A DNA stretch of 64,000 bases from Mobula hypostoma (taxonomy: Eukaryota). The first letter of the stretch is position 1, and every line of letters begins with the position of its first letter. The DNA is taken from assembly GCF_963921235.1 (NCBI RefSeq), contig NW_026948187.1, positions 6,882,001-6,946,000 of the forward strand, read 5' to 3'. The position numbers and the translations under genes are program-made. Below, piece by piece: positions 1 through 11,414 of the stretch. The notes under the pieces are model-generated. The model saw only the letters and a program-made list of their open reading frames with translations, did not search any database and was not told the DNA's origin.

Positions 1-77
1 AAATGTGCTTCGAGTGATGATTAGTACAGAGAGAGCAGAGTGCAGGGTCGAAGCTGTTGGCCCGGGACTCTCACTCT

Positions 78-80
78 TTA

Positions 81-114
<34 letters not shown>

Positions 115-130
115 TCTCCCTCTCTCACTC
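78..130. repeat. (CT)n microsatellite
   Basis: Run of ctctct repeats. Confidence 0.9.
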
Positions 131-339
131 TCCCCCCACCACCGACTATTGTTCCTGCTAATGCGCACACCTCTCATAACTTTCATATCGGTGTATCTCT
201 TTCTTTATTTATCTTGATATGTATCTGAGTAGTTCTGTCTGAATTAACAGTTCTCACTTCGCAAGTTATGATCGATAATTTACTTTATTCGTCCCATCTA
301 CATGCAACGTCAACGACCATCACGATTCTGTCTGTTTAG

Positions 340-560
340 ATAGATCGATAGACAGTGAGATAGGTAGATAGATAGATAGATAGATAGAGAGATAGATAGA
401 TAGGTAGATAGACAGACAGACAGACGGTTAGGCAGTAAGATAGACAATGAGATAGATAGATAGATAGTTAGTTTGATTGATTGATTGATTGATTGATAGA
501 TAGACAGATAGGCAGTTAGATAGATACGTAGATGTACAGTTAAATAGTTAGATAGATAAT
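340..560. repeat. (GATA)n/(GATT)n compound microsatellite
   Basis: tagatagata and gattgattga arrays. Confidence 0.9.
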
Positions 561-880
561 CCAAAATGACTGAATATAAACGTTTAATCATAGAACTCTA
601 TTTTTGTTTTTGTTCTGCTCGCCCGTAACACATCCCAGCTCTATAAAAGCTCCGATAGATGAACTCGAGGTTTTCCACTGTGACTCAGCCTTCACTTTGG
701 TCCTCTGTGATTATCAATGGATCAGAGATAATTACAGAAAGCTGAAACACGCGAAGGCGTGCAGTGCAAGGAAAGATGTATAAAAGGCACGGTCCTGTGT
801 CTCAGAGGTGAGCAATACCGGACCAGAGTGAAATGGCTCCTGTGCCAGATATAAAATGAGTTGTGAAACGCAATCTGCTA

Positions 881-894
881 CTGTCCCCTAGTGG
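881..894 (-). promoter_or_regulatory. CTCF-like motif behind V1 RSS
   Basis: CCACTAGGGGACAG, 39 bp after nonamer. Confidence 0.55.
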
Positions 895-972
895 TGCTAA
901 TCAGGTTATGAAGCTCCCAGCGATATGGCAGAAGGTTAATGTTACAGCAGATTCGGCTTGTCTAGCTCTGTG

Positions 973-1863
973 CGCTGATACCAATGCAGAAGAAGACATC
1001 GAAGTGGGAGGGCGAGGCGCCTTTCACTTCCAGTTTGAACAGTGTGCTGCTCGTTCTCGTGGCCGTGTAGAACTCGGTTGTGTACTTCGTGTCGATGCCT
1101 TGCACAGCGGAGAAGATAAGAGCTTCTATTGCCAGGCCGTGTCTCTGTCTGTACAAAACATATTGCTACCGTCATTACTGAACAGCGTGATGTGACGTTG
1201 ACTGACTCGCCAACTCCAGTTGACAAGGAGGGAGGCACCTGTTCCACGTACACGACCAGAACGCCTGCAAGGTGGAAAATCTATTAGGCTATTACTTTCT
1301 CTCAATAATAAACCAGGTATTCTGCAAAGTCAGAGAGAAGGAACACGTCCCCCTAAAAATTACCTTCCATCCTTGGGAAAACCCAACGAGATTTCATCCA
1401 TTACACTCATGAACAGCCCGGAAAAAACGCTATAGCAGCGAAATGCACCGTGGGCCAAGTTAGACAAACTTAGAGCAGAATAAAAAAAATACACCGGGAT
1501 ATCTGACAACTTACTCGAATTTGATCAGCGCTTAGGATCCGTTCGTCAACCCCCTTTACGGTACCTCCGATAAACATACAAATGCACTCCTCCAAGTTTA
1601 ATCCCGTCCTCCAGAGAAAGTGTATCATTTCAAAGACAAAACAGAAAGCGGAGAGGGACGGCTGTCCACATTGATGGTCTGATCTTGCAGTTGAGGGACA
1701 TGAGTAGTAAAGCAGGATCCGAATTTCCCAACCTCGATCAAGCTAAACCACGGCCAATGTCGCGCTACGTAACTCCGCAAAGAACACCAGCCCTCTCCCT
1801 GGTTCTATGATGTTTTGACTTACTGGGGATCAACAGCATTCAATGTGTCCCACATGCCAACAT
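973..1863 (-). pseudogene. TRBV: V1: TRBV pseudogene, CA(C)SS family
   Basis: V exon 973-1264 with two 1-nt deletions at the first Cys and the Trp codon. Leader remnant 1824-1863 has an in-frame TGA. RSS CACAGAG(966-972)-23-ACATTAACC(934-942). Confidence 0.85.
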
Positions 1864-2192
1864 CAACCCCAGGCAGACACCAGCCGCTTTGGCATCAAGT
1901 GTAGCAGAATGCCAGCATTCAGGAAAAGCACATTGCCTTGTCTGTTTGGACTGCGGCTGTGCTACTGTCCGGTTGACGCTGCGTCACTTCCTGCACGTCA
2001 TACCCCGAGCATCATTTCAGATCACATGCGGAAGAAGAGCGAAGTTGGAAGTGCAGTTGGTGTTGAACGAGAGTTTCATTAATTGTTGAGCAAACAGACG
2101 TAGCAAAGACACTTGTTTTGATTGGGTAATTAATCAGAGATTCAGGGACTACCACCAGTAAAAACATAATTATGAGTTTCCAGTTGTGTATT

Positions 2193-2338
2193 NNNNNNNN
2201 NNNNNNNNNNNNNNNNNNNNNNNNNNNNNNNNNNNNNNNNNNNNNNNNNNNNNNNNNNNNNNNNNNNNNNNNNNNNNNNNNNNNNNNNNNNNNNNNNNNN
2301 NNNNNNNNNNNNNNNNNNNNNNNNNNNNNNNNNNNNNN
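2193..2338. other. Assembly gap (N run)
   Basis: 146 N. Confidence 1.
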
Positions 2339-2892
2339 GCATCTATGAATCGAGCGAACTCTCTCTCAATCTGTTACCTAGGTGTAATTCTACTTCCATT
2401 TATCGGTTGAAATCTCACTGGTATCTGTTCTGGTGAAGGTACGCCCTGTACAACAGGGATGGGCTACGTCTGAACGCGAGGGTGAACAAATTCTCTTCCT
2501 GGCAGTTTTGCTGAAGGTATTCAGGAGGGTTTACACTAATTATTAATCTACCAATTAGTCATTTATACAAACACAATATAGATTTGTTATTATCGCCAGA
2601 AGCTAAAATGAACATTGCTTTGAACGCCATCCCTACAAATAATTTAAACACTTAAGTTATAAATTTTGCTGTGGCTCAAAGGGGCTTGCCAAATTCCTTT
2701 AGCTTCGTAAGAAATTCGAGGCGGTCACTGTTTTCCTTTGTGGGAAGTGTTTCTGAATTACTTCAGGCATCCTTGCCTTTCTCACTGATCTGATTTCCTA
2801 ATATTACGTACTCGGTTGTCCGGATGGGAAGAATGAAAAGGCAATTGCAGTGTTACGCTGGACGCGTCTTGGAGATTGGATCTCAATGCACC

Positions 2893-2906
2893 GCGACCCC
2901 TAGTGG
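2893..2906 (-). promoter_or_regulatory. CTCF-like motif behind V2 RSS
   Basis: CCACTAGGGGTCGC, 42 bp after nonamer. Confidence 0.55.
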
Positions 2907-2987
2907 TGAGGAAAAGCCGGTTTTGAGCCTTCAGCGATTGTGCAGAACAGTTTTTGTCAGAGGCGGCTCGACTTCTCAACCTCTGTG

Positions 2988-3437
2988 CGCTACTACAGGC
3001 GCAGAAATAGACGGCCGAGTGAGAGTGCGAGGCGTTCTTTACTTCCAGTTGAAAGAAAGTGCTACTGGATCTTGTTGCCGCGTAGGATTCCGACGTGTAA
3101 CTGTTGACTATATCTTTCCCAGCAGAATAGAAAAGAGCTTCTATTGCCCCGTCCGGTCGCTGTCTGTACCAATACATTAGAGGATAGTCCGAATTCAGCA
3201 GCGTACATTGGACGGTGCTTGACTCTCCCAATCCAACTGACAGGGAAGGGGGCGACTGCTCCACGTACACGGCCAGAATCCCTGCAAGGAAGAGATTCTA
3301 TTAGAGTCTCATTTCTCTCAACAAATGGGAGCCCGTTCTCTGAACGTGAGTTACCTTCCCCAGAACCATTGTTATCCTGACTTACGCGGGATCAAAGCCA
3401 CGATCAGCGGAAGACAATGTGTTCCTCGCCCCATCAT
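2988..3437 (-). CDS. TRBV: V2: TRBV segment, likely functional (leader 3386-3437, V exon 2988-3281)
   Basis: MMGRGTHCLPLIVALIP|RILAVYVEQSPP..C..MYWYRQ..SHSAVYFCACSS. GT/AG phase-1 intron. RSS CACAGAG(2981-2987)-23-ACAAAAACT(2949-2957). Confidence 0.93.
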
Positions 3438-3686
3438 TCACAGAGTGCACTCTGGCCGGCTTTGGGATGGAGTGCCGTTCAAGACCAGCTTTCAGAAGTA
3501 ATGTACTGCGTTGCTCGATATAATTGCTGCTTCCGATTGGCCCTGTGACGTCTGTCACTTCCTGTGTAATTGACGGGCGGTACGTCAGTCTTCTGTCGTC
3601 ATTCGAAAGCCGGGGGCGGGGGGGGGGCGGAGTAGAGGTCACAGTTCCTGCAGTGTCGCTTCAGTTTCGCTTTAACCGCAGGAGTA

Positions 3687-3689
<3 letters not shown>

Positions 3690-3732
<43 letters not shown>
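3690..3732. repeat. (CA)n microsatellite
   Basis: Perfect CA run. Confidence 0.95.
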
Positions 3733-3734
<2 letters not shown>

Positions 3735-3944
3735 CAAACACATTTATGTATGGGAATAACAGGGATTTCGTGGTGGGTGAAGGAAACAGCTATCGTTATA
3801 CATCAGCTATGGGAAAATCGCTTGCCGTTCCTGGATAGAACAGAAACGAGCAATAATACTCAATATATTGCACACCCAGGGTGGGGTCTATCTCTGCTCG
3901 GAAAGGAATACAGCGAAAAAGCAGAAGGAGCGGCGAACTTGCTA

Positions 3945-4115
3945 TATCTGTATCCATTTATCTATCTATCTTTCTTTGTATTTTTATATCTACCTACCTA
4001 TCTATCCATCTCTCTATCTACCTGTCTATCTGTTTGTATCATCTGTGTAACAATCTATTTATCTATCACCTGTGTATCTATCTATCTATCTATCTATCTC
4101 TCTATCCACCTATCT
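3945..4115. repeat. (TCTA)n-like microsatellite
   Basis: tctatctatc arrays. Confidence 0.85.
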
Positions 4116-4409
4116 CACTGAATTATCCGTAATGCATTTCTGTGTGTCTACAGTCTCACTGACTCTGGACCGGCAGACTGAAAGAGGGTGAAAGTCACGG
4201 GGAATTTCGTGGCGAGTCGATGCAGAAGTTGTGGTTATGCGGCAACCAGGGAACGTCATCTGTCTCCTGTCGGAAAAAGAAGCGAAAGATCAACAGCAGC
4301 ACAATCTGCTCCTGCCTCGGGTCGGGCAATCTCTCCTCCAGACGGAATACTGCGAAAGATGGGAAGGAGAAGCGAAGGTCTGCAGAGGTGATGATAAAGA
4401 CAACACAAC

Positions 4410-5512
4410 ATACACTCAGTGGGCTCATTATTGACTACAGCTACTCACTGATTACACAGATATCCCGCTCTCTCCGTTGACAACTTGCTCTAACATCCAT
4501 GGAGCCGTCAATCATCGTGTCGTTTTTAAACTTACAAACCCATCTGTCCACGTTTGCATTCAAGCTACTCAGACGGCGTGGGCACTTTATTAGAAAGCTC
4601 TGCACCAAATCGTTGGTGCAAATGTCATCAGTCAATCTTGTTGCAGCAAGTCAATGCATAAGAGAATGCAGACATAGCCAAGAGGTTCAATGGTTCAATA
4701 GAATAGGTGCAGGAGTAGGCCATTCGGCCCTTCGAGCCAGCACCGCCATTCACTGTGATCATGGGTGATCATCCACAATCAGTATCCAGTTCCTGTCTTA
4801 TCCCCATATCCCTTAATTCCGCTATCTTTAAGAGCTCTATCGATCTTTTTTTTTTTGAAAACATCCAGAGAGAAGGCATTCTGGGTCACAGCATTCCACA
4901 TATCCACCACTCTCTGGGTGAAAAAGATTTTCCTCAACTCCGTTCTAAATGGTCTACCGCTTATTGTCAAACTGTGGGCTCTGGTTCTGGACTCACCCAT
5001 CAGCGGCATCATGCGTCCTGCCACTAGCGTGTCCAATCCCTTAATAATCTTATATGTTTCAATCAGATCCCCTCTCATCCTTGTAAATTCCAGTGTTCCA
5101 TTACTGTTCAGACTAAACATCAGAATAGACAAGAAATGTGATCTAGTTTACTCCGACTGTAGAATGCTTATTGGTGCCAATCCGGGAGAGGTTGCTTATC
5201 TCAGAAACTACCGGCATCCTGGGATATTAACATACAACGTTCTTTAGTGTTTAGAGAGAATGGTGCGAAAAACGATTGTGGTGATTATGTGGGTGAAAAC
5301 GCCCTGGTAACGCCCGATGATAGAGGAAAACGGCGAGACTCTTTCACGGTGAGTGGAAGGCGACAGTAATTCAAATAACCACGTGTTACAACAGTGGTTT
5401 TCAGAAGAGCATCTCTGAATGCACATTATATTGAACCGTGGAGCGGATTGGCTGCAATAGCAGAGGACCACGATCACACAGGGAGTGGCCATTTTATTAG
5501 GTACAGCAGGTC
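4410..5512 (+). mobile_element. Non-autonomous Tc1/mariner-like derivative, interrupted by a CR1 fragment
   Basis: Degenerate Tc1 DNA-binding-domain coding sequence (aagaaatgtgatcta...gagtttacagagaatggtgcgaaaaa...gaaggcgacagtaattcaaataacc). cactcagtgg..ttatt motif at both ends. Same family at 18600, 22470, 23314, 34057. Confidence 0.7.
4690..5095 (-). mobile_element. CR1-clade LINE 3' end
   Basis: LEFTRMRGDLIETYKIIKGLD..ESRTRAHSL..FFTQRVVDMWN is the CR1 ORF2 C-terminus. Confidence 0.85.
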
Positions 5513-5569
5513 ACCAAAGGGATGTTGGCCCCATTAATTACATATGTCCAAAAGACATAGATGTATGCG

Positions 5570-6060
5570 AGATACACATCAAAGTTTCTGGTGAACGCAG
5601 CAGGCCAGGCAGCATCTCTAGGAAGAGGTACAGTCGACGTTTCAGGCCGAGACCCTTCATCAGGACTCAGAGTAAAAAGTGGACGGCGTGAGGGGTGCTG
5701 GATGATGCCAGAATTAAAAATTGCCGGATGGGTAAAATACCGGCTGGAAGTTGACAGGTGAAGACAGGTGGAAGGGAAAGGCCAAGGGCTGGAGTGGGAA
5801 GAATATGATAGGAGAGTAGATGGAAAACAGGGGCAGGGGAAGGAGGAGAGGTTCAAGAGGTAAGTAATAGTCAGTCGAGAATAAGTAAAAGGCAACAGTA
5901 AGACACACCATCAGGTTGGAGGGTAGCCAGATGGAATACAAGAGGTTGTTCCTCTACTTTGAGGGTGGACTCTTCTTGACAGGAGGGGTCGCCATGGACC
6001 GACACTTCGGAAGGTGAACGGGAATCGGAATTACAATGTTTGGTCACTGTGAATTCCCTG
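5570..6060 (-). mobile_element. Penelope-like element 3' remnant (GIY-YIG C-terminus + pLTR)
   Basis: Minus strand encodes SVHGDPSCQEESTLKVEEQPLVFHLATLQPDG, then a pyrimidine-rich UTR and a hammerhead motif. Confidence 0.7.
5631..5667 (-). ncRNA. Minimal type I hammerhead ribozyme motif
   Basis: AGUC-CUGAUGA-AGGgucucggCCU-GAAAC-GUC/GACU: intact core, stem I AGUC/GACU, palindromic ACGU stem III. Confidence 0.7.
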
Positions 6061-6652
6061 TGCAGTTATGCGGTGAGAAGCTCGATAGCAGAGATCAATT
6101 CATAACATTTCGAATTGAGATAGAGAAAAGTAATTTAATAAATTCGATTACTTTTGCTGCATCTATGGAGTTACAGTGAACAGCTGTCTTGCATACAGAT
6201 CAAATCAGCGCACAGTGCATTGGTGTAGAATAAGGTACATGACTAATGTTTAAAATCGACAGAGAAAACCGCAGATCAGGTGAGCAGGGCACAGAGAGGT
6301 AGATTGTGAAGTCGAGAATCCACATTATTGTACCATCCTCGAGAATAAGAGTCGGGTCAGAAAGGCAGCGAGCTGCTGGATTGGTGACTGGAGGCCTTTA
6401 TTATCATCGGCTGCTTTACTGAGGTAACGAGGTGTATGGACAGCGGGGGTATTTGAGCGATGTTGTGAGCTGCGCGTAGGGCTCCCTCAGGTTTCCTGCC
6501 GTCATTTGTAGAGCAGATGCAACAACAGGCCATTATCCATCAAAGCCCCGATGCTTGTGTATCAGATATTTCAGATAGTAGCAGCAGGCGGGGAAACCAG
6601 GCCGAGTGCAGGCCGTTCCTGACGGAAAGGAGCATCGGCACTCGGTCTGCTG

Positions 6653-6666
6653 CTGCCCCCTACTGG
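6653..6666 (-). promoter_or_regulatory. CTCF-like motif behind V3 RSS
   Basis: CCAGTAGGGGGCAG, 39 bp after nonamer. Confidence 0.65.
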
Positions 6667-6744
6667 TACAACATGGCCACTGAACGTCCCTGCTCCGGGC
6701 TGGAAGGTTTGTGCAGTGGGAGACTCGCTATCTGAAGTTCTGTG

Positions 6745-6874
6745 CCCTACTACAAGCACAGTAGTAGACGGCGGAGTGGGAGGCTGATGCCCGTCCCAGT
6801 TCCAGTTTAAACAGAGTGCTGCTGGGTCTTGTCTCCGTGTAGGAAGCGTATTCATAGTTCGTAACCGAACCTTG
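6745..6874 (-). pseudogene. TRBV: V3: 3' half of a TRBV with RSS (5'-truncated)
   Basis: QGSVTNYEYASYTETRPSSTLFKLELGRASASHSAVYYCACSR. RSS CACAGAA(6738-6744)-23-GCACAAACC(6706-6714). No 5' exon half or leader. Confidence 0.85.
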
Positions 6875-7269
6875 TGCACGGGTGTGAAATAACTTTAATC
6901 AAAAAGGTTTAAAAGCGACAGAGGAAACCGTACTGCAGGTGACGACAGTGGGGTAGATTGTGAACTCCGGAGTCCACATTATTGTACCATCCTCTCGTTC
7001 AAGAGTCGCGTAACAGCAGCAGAGAAGCTGCTGGAGTGGTGACTGGAGTCCCTTATTGTTGCTTTACTGAGATAACGAGATGTATGGACAGAGGACACAT
7101 CTGTGCGAAGGGCCCTATCAGGTTTCCTGCCGTCAGTTGCAGCGCAGATGCCTTAACAGACCGTTATTCATGAAAGCCCTTCTGCTAGTCGATGCGATAT
7201 CTGAGATAGCAGGAGCAAGCGGGGAAAGCCGGTTTGTGACTGAAAGGCGCAGCCGAACACAGACTGGTG

Positions 7270-7283
7270 CAGCCACCTACTGG
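7270..7283 (-). promoter_or_regulatory. CTCF-like motif behind V4 RSS
   Basis: CCAGTAGGTGGCTG, 39 bp after nonamer. Confidence 0.6.
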
Positions 7284-7361
7284 TACAACATGGCCACTGA
7301 ACCTCCCTGCGATAGGCTGGAAGGTTTTTGTAGTGGGAGACTCGTTATCTCAGCTTCTGTG

Positions 7362-8259
7362 CGCTACTACAAGCGCAGTAGTAGACGGCGGAGTGGGAGG
7401 CCGATGCCTGTCGCAGTTCCAATTTAAACAGAGTGTTGCTGGGTCTTGGCGCCGTGCAGGAATCGGATGTGTAGTTCGTCACCGAACCTTGCCCAGCTGA
7501 ATAGAATAGGCAATCTATTGCCCGGTCCGATCGCTGTCTGTACCAATACATAAATTGATAGCCCGTATTCAGCAGCGTACACGACACGCTGGCAGACTCT
7601 CCCTGTCCGATTGACAGGGAAGAAGGCGACTGCTCCACGAACGCGGCCAGAATCCCTGTTGAACAAAATTCGATGAGACTCTAATCTCTCAGTTGTTAAT
7701 CAGAGCGCACGGAGGCTAGAGAGAAGGAAAGGACGGATTTCTTCGAAGACCCAGGGCCTTATTCAATAAACCCGGAGATTCACAATACTGCACGATACAC
7801 CGTCCTGATTCACACCTACTCTCCTTCAGTTTAAACAAGTTGCATTGAACCACAGTGGAGAACTGTGATGATTTAATACAGTGTGGCATACTCGCACTTG
7901 ATCCGCGTTCAGTACCCCACATACCCCCTCCGAGAAATAGCCAAAATCCTTTTCGAAGTTTCATAGCGTAACAGAAGGGGACGTGTTATACCCCAGTCCA
8001 TAGTGGGTCGCTCTGACAAGCGCGTTAACGATTTATCAGAGGTAGGACTCTTTGTAATCAGGCACATGGCTGAATGTTGGGAGTCAAATATTTTACTTAT
8101 AACCAAGTAATCACCCAGGCCTAAGCAAGTCCGAGACTCTATGAAGTGAAACCAAAAGATACATTCCGCACCGTCCTTTGCCAAGACCTGTGCTTTTGAC
8201 TTACCCGGGATCACCACGGCAATCAGCGGGAGACAAAGTGCCCGCCGCTGTCTCATCAT
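7362..8259 (-). CDS. TRBV: V4: TRBV segment, likely functional (leader 8205-8259, V exon 7362-7655)
   Basis: MMRQRRALCLPLIAVVIP|GILAAFVEQSPSS..YYCACSS. RSS CACAGAA(7355-7361)-23-ACAAAAACC(7323-7331). Confidence 0.93.
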
Positions 8260-8355
8260 TTAAGGGACGCGGACACTTCCTTTGCGTTGAGTCGAATACA
8301 GATCAGTGTCAGATCTGTCTGCATGGTCTGATATAAAGGACAATTCTACGGCAAT

Positions 8356-8368
8356 CACGTCACTTCCG
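8356..8368 (-). promoter_or_regulatory. ETS-CRE composite in V4 promoter
   Basis: CGGAAGTGACGTG about 100 bp upstream of the ATG. Confidence 0.65.
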
Positions 8369-10639
8369 CTGCAGTGTCTCTACTTTGGACGGTTGAAATT
8401 GCGGCGAAGCTGACGACGAGGCCCGAGATGAGTTCATGCAACACACTCACGTTAGAATGATTCGAAGCTGGGAGGAACGTATCTCTGGGAAGCAGTTTTA
8501 CATTAATTGGCATGCTACTCTCGTTAATGCAAATATCATCTCATCCTATCAACTGTCAGCAACTCAATGGTTCAAACGTACAGGATTTGCCTGAGTTTCA
8601 GTTGTGTTTTTTCAAACCAAGTTTCTGAATGGGGGGATAAATGTGACCCGGCTGACGTTGACAGTGGAATGAGTGTTAGTGCCAAATATCCCCAGTATTT
8701 GCTCACCAAAGTGCTACGTCCTTCCCTAATTCCTTTTATCTTAATTTTGTGTCAGAAGCAGTTAGAGACAGTAACATACAATCTGTCTTTCTGTCGAGTG
8801 CGCTAGCGCGTTCTTGTGAAAACTCTAGCAGAAAAGCTCGGAGACCGGACGGCAGGTTTCTGGCGGATTGAAGAACCGAGGAAGATTGAATCAAGGAGGC
8901 GTATGTCGATGAGAGCGATCGGTTCTCGGAGAGGCCGTTAGGTTCGACTTGTTGCTCTCGGAGTCATCAAGTATTCAAGTCAAATAACCTGGAGGGTCTG
9001 ATGTTTCGAATCACCGCTGTCTGGATACCGATGCGCTCTCAGGTGCCCTGACAACTCAGAGATTCTGGATCAGACTGAATTTTAATCTACCTGCAGTTAA
9101 CTTCGGACTTATTCAGTCATTTTTTCGTTGTGTTCTCGTTCATTCTTTCGTGTTGTCAATTGGCGCGCTGGCTCTTTGGGGTTTGTTGTTCACACTATTT
9201 CTCCCTGTAGGTGCTCTGTTAGTTTTTGTGCCTTGGGTGTGTTGTACGGGTTTAATTTGCGCGATATTGTTTCTTTTGTTATCGTCTGGATGATGGAACA
9301 GATGGCTTTCTTCCAAATACTTCAGTGTTTTTTCGATATTTTATGTCTATCTGGAGAAGGCAAATCTCAGAGTTGAATTCCGCTTACAGACGTTGATAAC
9401 AAAATGAATGCTTGGTGTGGGTGTGTGTGAGGTAAACAGACACCCGATCAATTTTAATGGCGGGGTCCTAGTTTTGAGAAAATTATCTCTCGCGGTGTCA
9501 CTCGGTTGTCACACCCGATCTTCTGTTGGAAATCTTACTTTCACTTTCACGAATAATTTTCTAAGTATTACTTTTTGTACTTTCTTAATTCTTCTTCTAC
9601 TTCTTTGCTCTGTTTGAAATTGTTCAGTTTGTCTTCTTTGGAAAACCGCTTTTCCGTTTTCCCATGTAGTTGTTCATTAATCATGTACGGGAATTAAAAT
9701 GGGTGACCCCTGTGACATCCGGCTTCTTCTAGCGCCCTCTAGTGTTGCGACCATTCCCATTCCGACATCAATCCATGCTGCCTGTGACATGACAGACGAA
9801 GCCAGGTCGGTAAGGAAGGTCAAGGGCTGGAGAAGAAGGAATCTGATGGGGACGAGAGTGCACAACGAGGACAATATGGAGGACAGGGTGCAGTCTGACA
9901 CCCCTAATTCTCAGACTCAGTTCTCCCAACCCCACCTCCGCCGATACCCAGAAATCCACACGCACCCCCAGATGCGGCACCCCAGCACTCAAATCCTACG
10001 AACGGTGGCACCTTCGGTGACCGTACCCACTCTTCCTTGAAGCAAGGCGTCAGACGAGGCTGGGCGAGGCGAGGAGAGACGAAACGAGGCAAGGTAAGGC
10101 TTCAGGCGAGGAAACAGAAGGTAGGGGAAAGGGAAAGGAAAGGATACAGACAGGGGGTATGGACATGAACAATCCAGCAGCCAGAGGCTGAATCCTAAAG
10201 GTATTTATGAAGTCAGCTGCCTCATCAGAAACGGCGGAAAACCGGAAAACCGGGAATAAGGAGCATGGACCGGACGGTGAACAGGAATGCGGATTCACGG
10301 ACCGGACCATGACAGAGCGATGGGCCGTCGCGCTCAAAAGTTCGAGCATCGCGCACTGGAGATATGCGGGAGGACTGCACATGAAAATGCAGGATGGAGT
10401 GGAGAGATTAGTGCGTGCATTATCTCCACCCACATGAATGCTTAATAAGGGTAGGAGATTAAGTGCAATAGTTCCGCCCCTTCTCTCACTGATTGCTCGA
10501 TAAGGCGCAGCGCCTGACTGATAGACCCTCCTCCCAACCGCAGATTTACAGACGTCGCATTTCGTTTTCATCTGCCAGCAGCGACCTTGCTGGCAGTGAC
10601 AGTTTTTGTACAGCTTCCCCGTCACTCTGAACCGCCGTG

Positions 10640-11278
10640 ATCACTCCAGGCGCAGAAATACACGGCCGACGAATTCGTCTCCAGCTTGTCGGACTTCAGA
10701 GAGAACTCGTTGGTATGCGGTCTCTCCGCCGTAAAACCGTCGACCGATCCCTTGGGGTACACGGAATTAGCTGTGATTGAGTAAAATATGTTCTCCGGAC
10801 CCTTTCCCGGGTATTGTCCGTACCAGTACAACCGGTTATTAACACTGGTGCTACCCTCCACTGTACAACGCAAGGTCACCTTCTGGCCGGCAGTTCCGGA
10901 GAAAGCCGGCGTCTGGTGGATCGTCACCGAGGTCGCATCTGGAAAAAAAGAGACGGGCTTGGCTGAACGGGGAGAAGGGAAGCGGAGATGCGGATCAGTG
11001 GGGATGGGGATAAACAGGGGGTGCATCGAAGGATACAAAAAAGATGACTGAAGAGGGGGATATTTGGAGAGGAGTTCGGAATTTAATTACGGCGGCAGAG
11101 GGCAGATAGTCTGCGGACGCGATGGCCCGTAAATAATAAGGAATGAGTCCGAGACGACGGGAGGGCAAAGCAAAGGAAAGAACGTGAAAGGAGGACACAA
11201 GTGGAGAATGAAAAAAAAAATATTTGGGAACTTTTACTCACAGCGGAAGGCGAGGATGAATTGCAGAAACAGAAACAT
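10640..11278 (-). CDS. TRBV: V5: TRBV30-like segment, likely functional (leader 11242-11278, V exon 10640-10938)
   Basis: MFLFLQFILAFR|YATSVTIHQ..CTVEG..LYWYGQ..FTAERP..EFSLKS..VYFCAWSD. RSS CACGGCG(10633-10639)-23-ACAAAAACT(10601-10609). Confidence 0.9.
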
Positions 11279-11369
11279 CTTCCTTGGAGGGTTTACTCTC
11301 TCAGTGATGAAAGTGGTGCGGGCGGCAGAGACGAATTCATTCACTTCCATCCGGTTTGTTACGTATCCC

Positions 11370-11414
11370 AGTGACGTAGGCGGATCTGAGGACGTAGCCA
11401 TTGGCCACGCCCCT
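11370..11414 (-). promoter_or_regulatory. V5 promoter: CRE/decamer-like, CCAAT and GC box
   Basis: AGTGACGTAG (11370-11379) and ATTGGCCACGCCCC. Same arrangement upstream of V6 and of the orphan leader at 31498. Confidence 0.6.

Noticed and set aside
310-591. Low-complexity ORFs (YLSI, SLSL, THTH, CVCV, ERER types; also 32919-33249, 50479-50785, 52276-52815)
   Set aside because: Translations of microsatellites. Only the first 13 codons of 52276-52815 (the V19 leader) are real.
3350-3360. Conserved second donor-like site (GAAG|GTAACT) about 30 nt into V2/V7/V12 introns
   Set aside because: Use would read through an in-frame TAA and shift phase; probably co-duplicated intron sequence
10572-10596. 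Small palindrome ctgccagca..tgctggcag behind the V5 RSS
   Set aside because: 9-bp arms only and not conserved behind paralogue V6
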